Positions 59,428 through 64,000 of a DNA stretch of 64,000 bases are shown here, one piece after another. The notes under the pieces were generated by a model. The model searched no databases, was not told the DNA's origin, and saw only the letters and a program-made list of their open reading frames with translations. How positions within the stretch are numbered: the stretch's first letter is position 1; the number at the start of each line of letters is the position of its first letter. The translations under genes were made by a program, and so were the position numbers. This DNA comes from an uncultured Clostridia bacterium. Lineage in GTDB: Bacteria > Bacillota > Clostridia > UBA1381. Where the stretch lies: assembly GCA_910585485.1 (NCBI GenBank), contig CAJUEZ010000003.1:14105-78104 (forward strand), read 5' to 3'.

Positions 59428-61689
59428 CTAATTCTGTAATCGCGTCACAGACATAACGCCGTGAAGCTGAGTAATTTTCTTTTTCAGTAAAGCTAAATCT
59501 GAAGTGTTGCGTATTTCGACACCGAGTTGAATCACGGCGACACCTTTTTTTGTAACGAAGGCATTGACCGATTTAAAAGGTATTTTAAGCGTAGAGAGAA
59601 TATTTGTGATTTCAAGCAGCACACCGTCACGGTCATGCGCCTCAACCTGAAGATTGGCGATGTATGAGGTGCTGCGCTCATCATCCCACCACACATCTAT
59701 AAATCTGCTTTTATCCTCTTCGGAAAGCGAGTTGGGAGTCATATTTGGACAGTCGCGCCTGTGAACGCTTACGCCTCTTCCTTTTGTTATAAACCCAACG
59801 ATGTCATCGCCGGCTACAGGATTACAGCACCGCGCGAGACGCACAAGGCAATTATCAATATCTTTTACAACAATACCTTTGCTTGAAGCGTGACGTTTTG
59901 CTGGTTCTGCCTGCACAGTGTGATGTTCCTCATCATAGACAGCCTCAAGGTTTTTCTTCGCTTCGAGAGCCTTAGTTTGTTTCAGCCATTCATCGCGAAG
60001 TCTTACAACAACCTTTTGAGCGGTCAGTCCGCCGTAGCCAACGCTGGCATATAAATCGTCAATAGTCTGAAAACCGTATCTCTTTATCAATATAGCAATC
60101 CATTCGGTTTTAAACAGCTGCTCATGAGTATTGCCGAGACGGCGAAGTTCACGCTCAATAAGTTCTTTGCCGTGTTCAATATTTTCATCACGGCGCTCGC
60201 GCTTGAACCATTGATTGATTTTGTTTTTCGCTTGAGACGTGCGGCATACTTTAAGCCAGTCACGGCTCGGTCCATGAGTGTTGGCGGTCAGTATTTCAAC
60301 TATCTCGCCGTTTTGAATAATATAATTATTCGGAACGATTTTACCGTTTACCTTCGCGCCGCTCATTTTATATCCGACTTGTGAATGTATAGCGAAGGCA
60401 AAGTCAATAACGGTACTTTTTGCGGGAAGAGAAATAACTTTTCCCTGAGGAGTAAATACAAACACTTCGTCTTCAAACAAATCGAATTTTAAAGTGTTGA
60501 AGAAATCATCAGTGTCTATAATGCTTGTTTGTGTGTCCAGAAGCTTACGCACCCATTCAAGTTTTGAATCCATATCGCTCTCGCCGGAAACTCCTTCTTT
60601 ATATTTCCAGTGCGCGGCGATACCGTTTTCGGCTACATGGTGCATTTCCCATGTGCGAATCTGTATTTCAAGAGGTGTGCCGTTAGGACCTATAACGGTC
60701 GTATGAAGCGACTGATACATGTTTGGCTTCGGCATTGCGATATAGTCCTTAAAACGCATGGGCACGGGTGTATATAAATCGTGAACCATTCCGAGAACCG
60801 CATAACAGTCCGCTACTGTGTCAACAATAACTCGCACGGCGAACAGGTCGTAAAGTTCGTCAATCGACTTGTTCTGCGTGTACATTTTTCTGAAAATACT
60901 GTAAAAATGCTTCGCGCGTCCTGTAACCTGTCCTTCGATATTCATTACTTTAAGCTTCTCGCGAAGAACGTCCATAATATCCCTTATGTATTTGTCCCGT
61001 TCATCTTTTTTTTGATTGATACTTTGCGTTATTTCGTCATAAGCGACAGGGTCAAGATATTTAAGAGCCAAATCTTCAAGTTCAATTTTTATTTTGGACA
61101 TACCCAAGCGGTGCGCTAAAGGAGCATAAACATCAAGAGTCTCCTTTGATATAAGCAGCTGTTTGGCGCGCGGCATAAAATTAAGCGTGCGCATGTTGTG
61201 CAGCCTGTCGATAAGTTTTATCACAACTACGCGTATATCCTTAGCCATTGCGAGAAACATTTTTCTAAGATTCTCAACCTGCTGTTCTTCGCGAGTGTTA
61301 TATTTAATCTGTTTCAGCTTTGTTACACCGTCCACGAGTTCAGCCACGCTTTTGCCGAAAAGGTCTTCAATGTTTTCATAGGTATATGGAGTGTCTTCCA
61401 CAACGTCATGAAGAAGAGCCGCGGAAATCGCTGTCGAGTCGAGAGCAAGCTGAGCGGCAATATATGCGAGCTGTACGGGGTGCTCTATATACGGAGCGCC
61501 GCTGCGTCTGAACTGATGCGAATGCGCGGATTTTGCCAGTCTGTACGCTATATATATCATATCTGTATTAGCATTTGGACTATAAGATGTCACCATGCCG
61601 ATTATTTTATCAATAAGCACATCGGTATCGTCCGCATGCTGCGGCATTTTTTCGGGTGAAAGAATAACCGGGTCATTTGTTTCCGCCAT
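59428..61689 (-). CDS. relA: Bifunctional (p)ppGpp synthetase/hydrolase Rel
   Basis: LLHDVVED hydrolase motif, YQSLHT synthetase motif, TGS and ACT domains. Confidence 0.97.
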   Translation of the reverse strand: MAETNDPVILSPEKMPQHADDTDVLIDKIIGMVTSYSPNANTDMIYIAYRLAKSAHSHQFRRSGAPYIEHPVQLAYIAAQLALDSTAISAALLHDVVEDTPYTYENIEDLFGKSVAELVDGVTKLKQIKYNTREEQQVENLRKMFLAMAKDIRVVVIKLIDRLHNMRTLNFMPRAKQLLISKETLDVYAPLAHRLGMSKIKIELEDLALKYLDPVAYDEITQSINQKKDERDKYIRDIMDVLREKLKVMNIEGQVTGRAKHFYSIFRKMYTQNKSIDELYDLFAVRVIVDTVADCYAVLGMVHDLYTPVPMRFKDYIAMPKPNMYQSLHTTVIGPNGTPLEIQIRTWEMHHVAENGIAAHWKYKEGVSGESDMDSKLEWVRKLLDTQTSIIDTDDFFNTLKFDLFEDEVFVFTPQGKVISLPAKSTVIDFAFAIHSQVGYKMSGAKVNGKIVPNNYIIQNGEIVEILTANTHGPSRDWLKVCRTSQAKNKINQWFKRERRDENIEHGKELIERELRRLGNTHEQLFKTEWIAILIKRYGFQTIDDLYASVGYGGLTAQKVVVRLRDEWLKQTKALEAKKNLEAVYDEEHHTVQAEPAKRHASSKGIVVKDIDNCLVRLARCCNPVAGDDIVGFITKGRGVSVHRRDCPNMTPNSLSEEDKSRFIDVWWDDERSTSYIANLQVEAHDRDGVLLEITNILSTLKIPFKSVNAFVTKKGVAVIQLGVEIRNTSDLALLKKKITQLHGVMSVTRLQN

Positions 61690-61723
61690 AAACTCACTTC
61701 CTATCTGTAAAATGTCTGATAAC

Positions 61724-63439
61724 TTATTTGCTGATTTTTATATCCTTCAGTATAAGCTGAACGGACTCGATTCCCTGATGATTATTAATATCCATTTGGA
61801 AAGCGAGATTGATATTGTCACCTTGTTTGATGGAGGCGACAAAATCACCCATACCGAAGCCTATACAATTTATAATATGATCGTTTTTGCTTATTCTGAG
61901 ACGAAGATGTTTATTGTCGATGCCGACGGCGGCAATGTTCATAATACGCGCACCGCTCATTGCGAATACCGGCTTTTCGTTTCCCATGCCAAACGGTTCA
62001 AGACTTAAAAGCATTTTCGCATTTTCAAGCGTTACGGCGCGTTCTGAAAGAGGACAGTCAATTTCTATTGACGGAATCATATCCCGTTCTGTTAGCATGC
62101 TGTCGGCATATTTGTTTATTTCTTTTGTAAAATCTTCAATATCACACATATTTATGTTGAGTCCCGCCGCGACCGCGTGTCCGCCGAAATCGGTGAGATG
62201 TTTTTCACAGTGAGAAAGCGCGTCGAAAAGGTTGAAGTTTTTTATGCTTCTGCCCGAACCTTTGCCCACACCGTTTGAATATGAAATCAGTATGCAGGGC
62301 TTGTAATACATATCGCATAGCCTTGATGCGACTATCCCTATAACACCATGATGCCAATCTTCTTTGGCAAGAACAATAACTTTTTTCTTCTTAAAATTTG
62401 CGTCTGACGCGATCATTGAAACCGCCTCGTCAAAAATTTGACGCTCCGTAAGTTGTCTTTCCTTATTTTCTTTGTCGAGAGTGAGCGCGATTTCACGCGC
62501 GCTGTTGCGGTCTTTTGTAAGCAATAACTCAACCGCTGTTGTGGCTGTGCCGAGTCTGCCGGCAGCGTTAAGACGCGGTGCTATCGCAAAAGCGATGGTG
62601 GACGAGGTAATCTCTTTATCCAATACACCCGCGATTTCCAGTATGGCGCGTATGCCGGCGCGCTGAGTTTTTTTAAGAGCCTTTAGACCTTTGTCGGCTA
62701 TAACTCTGTTTTCGCCGACAAGCGGAACAACATCGGCTATTGTGCCGAGAGTTGCAATATCGACATATTTTTCAAATACATCTTTCGTTACCATTCCGTT
62801 TTCCATAGCGAGCGCGAGTATAAGTTTAAACGCTACGCCTACGCCCGCGAGAGAGTCGAACGGATATTCGCAGTCGGGACGTTTGGGATTCAGTATAGCC
62901 GCCGCGGCAGACGGCAGACGGTCTTTGCATGTGTGATGATCTGTGATAATCACATCCAGGCCTTGCAGCTTGGCAAATTCCACTTCGCCTATCGCCGTTA
63001 TGCCGCAGTCAACAGTTATCAGAAGTTTTATGCCCTGCTTGAAAAGCTTGTTCACAGCCATAATATTAATTCCGTAACCCTCGCCTTTGCGGTCAGGAAT
63101 ATAGTATTGAATGTCCGCGCCGAGCGACAGTAAAAACTCATAAAGAAGCGCGGTGGAAGTTATTCCGTCAACATCGTAATCGCCGTAAACAGCAATTTTC
63201 TCTTTATTTTTTATTGCGGTGTTTATTCGGTTTACCGCTTTGTCCATATCAAGCATTAGTTTTGGATTTACTATGTCTGCCATTGATTTCTTTAAAAAAG
63301 CGGAAATATTCTCCTCGTCTATGCCGCGGTTTAAAATAATGGTGGATATAACGCGCGGAATGCGATACTCCTGTGATATTCTGTTTATAACATCATCGCT
63401 GAGTTTTTTATTTTTGAAATTCCAAATCTTATCAATCAT
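61724..63439 (-). CDS. recJ: Single-stranded DNA exonuclease RecJ
   Basis: GDYDVDG, TVDCG, TDHH, GSGRS and GGHA.AAG motifs. Confidence 0.97.
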   Translation of the reverse strand: MIDKIWNFKNKKLSDDVINRISQEYRIPRVISTIILNRGIDEENISAFLKKSMADIVNPKLMLDMDKAVNRINTAIKNKEKIAVYGDYDVDGITSTALLYEFLLSLGADIQYYIPDRKGEGYGINIMAVNKLFKQGIKLLITVDCGITAIGEVEFAKLQGLDVIITDHHTCKDRLPSAAAAILNPKRPDCEYPFDSLAGVGVAFKLILALAMENGMVTKDVFEKYVDIATLGTIADVVPLVGENRVIADKGLKALKKTQRAGIRAILEIAGVLDKEITSSTIAFAIAPRLNAAGRLGTATTAVELLLTKDRNSAREIALTLDKENKERQLTERQIFDEAVSMIASDANFKKKKVIVLAKEDWHHGVIGIVASRLCDMYYKPCILISYSNGVGKGSGRSIKNFNLFDALSHCEKHLTDFGGHAVAAGLNINMCDIEDFTKEINKYADSMLTERDMIPSIEIDCPLSERAVTLENAKMLLSLEPFGMGNEKPVFAMSGARIMNIAAVGIDNKHLRLRISKNDHIINCIGFGMGDFVASIKQGDNINLAFQMDINNHQGIESVQLILKDIKISK

Positions 63440-63582
63440 AGTATTCTCCAAAACACAATTCTTTTCAAAATTCTACTTAATTATTATAACATTTTTTTCG
63501 CTGAAATTCAAGTAAAACAGGCATTTTTGAATAAAAATATATATATTGGGAAAAATAAAGATACAGAAAGGAGTGAAGAGAA

Positions 63583-63735
63583 ATGAGCAACAATCAGAAC
63601 AACAATTTCAAGAACCAGAACAACAATAACAGTACACAGAATAACACACAGAATAACACACAGAATAACAATCAAAAGCAAAAACAAAATCAAAAAAATA
63701 ACAATAATAAAGATAACAATAACGGCGACTTTTAA
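63583..63735 (+). CDS. Asn/Gln-rich 50-aa peptide (absent from ORF track)
   Basis: AAAGGAG SD, ATG, MSNNQNNNFKNQNNNNSTQNNTQNNTQNNNQKQKQNQKNNNNKDNNNGDF, then a terminator. Confidence 0.7.
   Translation: MSNNQNNNFKNQNNNNSTQNNTQNNTQNNNQKQKQNQKNNNNKDNNNGDF
63634..63669 (+). repeat. 12-bp tandem repeat x3 (ACACAGAATAAC)
   Basis: In-frame TQNN repeats inside the N/Q-rich ORF. Confidence 0.9.
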
Positions 63736-63741
63736 GAAAAG

Positions 63742-63785
63742 AAAACACGTCATCGAAAAGAAATTTTTCAATGACGTGTTTTTTT
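63742..63785. terminator. Bidirectional terminator
   Basis: AAAACACGTCAT.GAAAA...TTTTC.ATGACGTGTTTT. Confidence 0.85.
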
Positions 63786-63999
63786 ATTTGCTCAATGTGC
63801 CAAGGCTTGCCGCTTTAAGATACGCGTTTATAAATCCGTTTAAATCTCCGTCCATAACCGCGCCTATGTTACCCATTTCAAAGCCCGTTCTAAGGTCTTT
63901 AACCATGGTGTAAGGCTGGAATACATATGAGCGGATTTGACTGCCCCAACCGTTTTCCATCTGTACTCCCTGAATGTCCGCGATTTTTTCCTTTTGCTG
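63784..63999 (-). CDS. prfB: Peptide chain release factor 2, C-terminal part (5'-truncated by window)
   Basis: Manual translation ...[21 protein letters not shown]...[14 protein letters not shown]. Confidence 0.93.
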   Translation of the reverse strand, partial: QQKEKIADIQGVQMENGWGSQIRSYVFQPYTMVKDLRTGFEMGNIGAVMDGDLNGFINAYLKAASLGTLSK

Positions 64000-64000
64000 C

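Noticed and set aside
55800..59430. oriC near gyrB-recF
   Set aside because: No dnaA or dnaN, intergenic gaps are tiny, and I saw no TTATCCACA cluster by eye.
63508..63771. 87-aa hydrophobic minus-strand ORF as a membrane peptide or toxin
   Set aside because: It is the antisense reading of the AAC/CAG-rich ORF and starts inside the terminator hairpin without an SD. The plus strand has the SD and promoter.

Overview
Core chromosomal window of a Clostridia-type (Bacillota) bacterium, probably a spore-forming gut anaerobe (inference from gene content and sigA-type promoters). About 60 genes are housekeeping or metabolic: pnp, rpsO, rpmE, folC, hisHF, rsmA, bioY, secG, recD2, eno, infC-rpmI-rplT, tadA, two purF, putP, aroF-pheA, hydF, cdaA-cdaR-hslO, hpt, gyrB-remB-recF-yaaA, relA, recJ and a partial prfB. 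It also holds three glycan-active enzymes, a two-component system with an ABC transporter, S15 and L20 leader RNAs and a BirA operator. I saw no CRISPR array, tRNA/rRNA gene or intact mobile element. The most notable signals are: (1) a ~375-bp element between rpsO and pnp, closed by long inverted repeats and carrying a GTAG-REP-like doublet; (2) a canonical purF in tandem with a paralog that lacks the catalytic Cys1; (3) an unannotated 50-aa peptide that is 68% Asn/Gln, behind a sigF-like promoter; (4) a promoter-driven candidate structured RNA near 29.8 kb; (5) two tandem acidic membrane proteins built from one unrecognised ~40-aa repeat; (6) a chimeric prophage scar; (7) a yaaA-recF-remB-gyrB block detached from dnaA/dnaN and gyrA. 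All family calls come from motif recognition by eye, with no database search.
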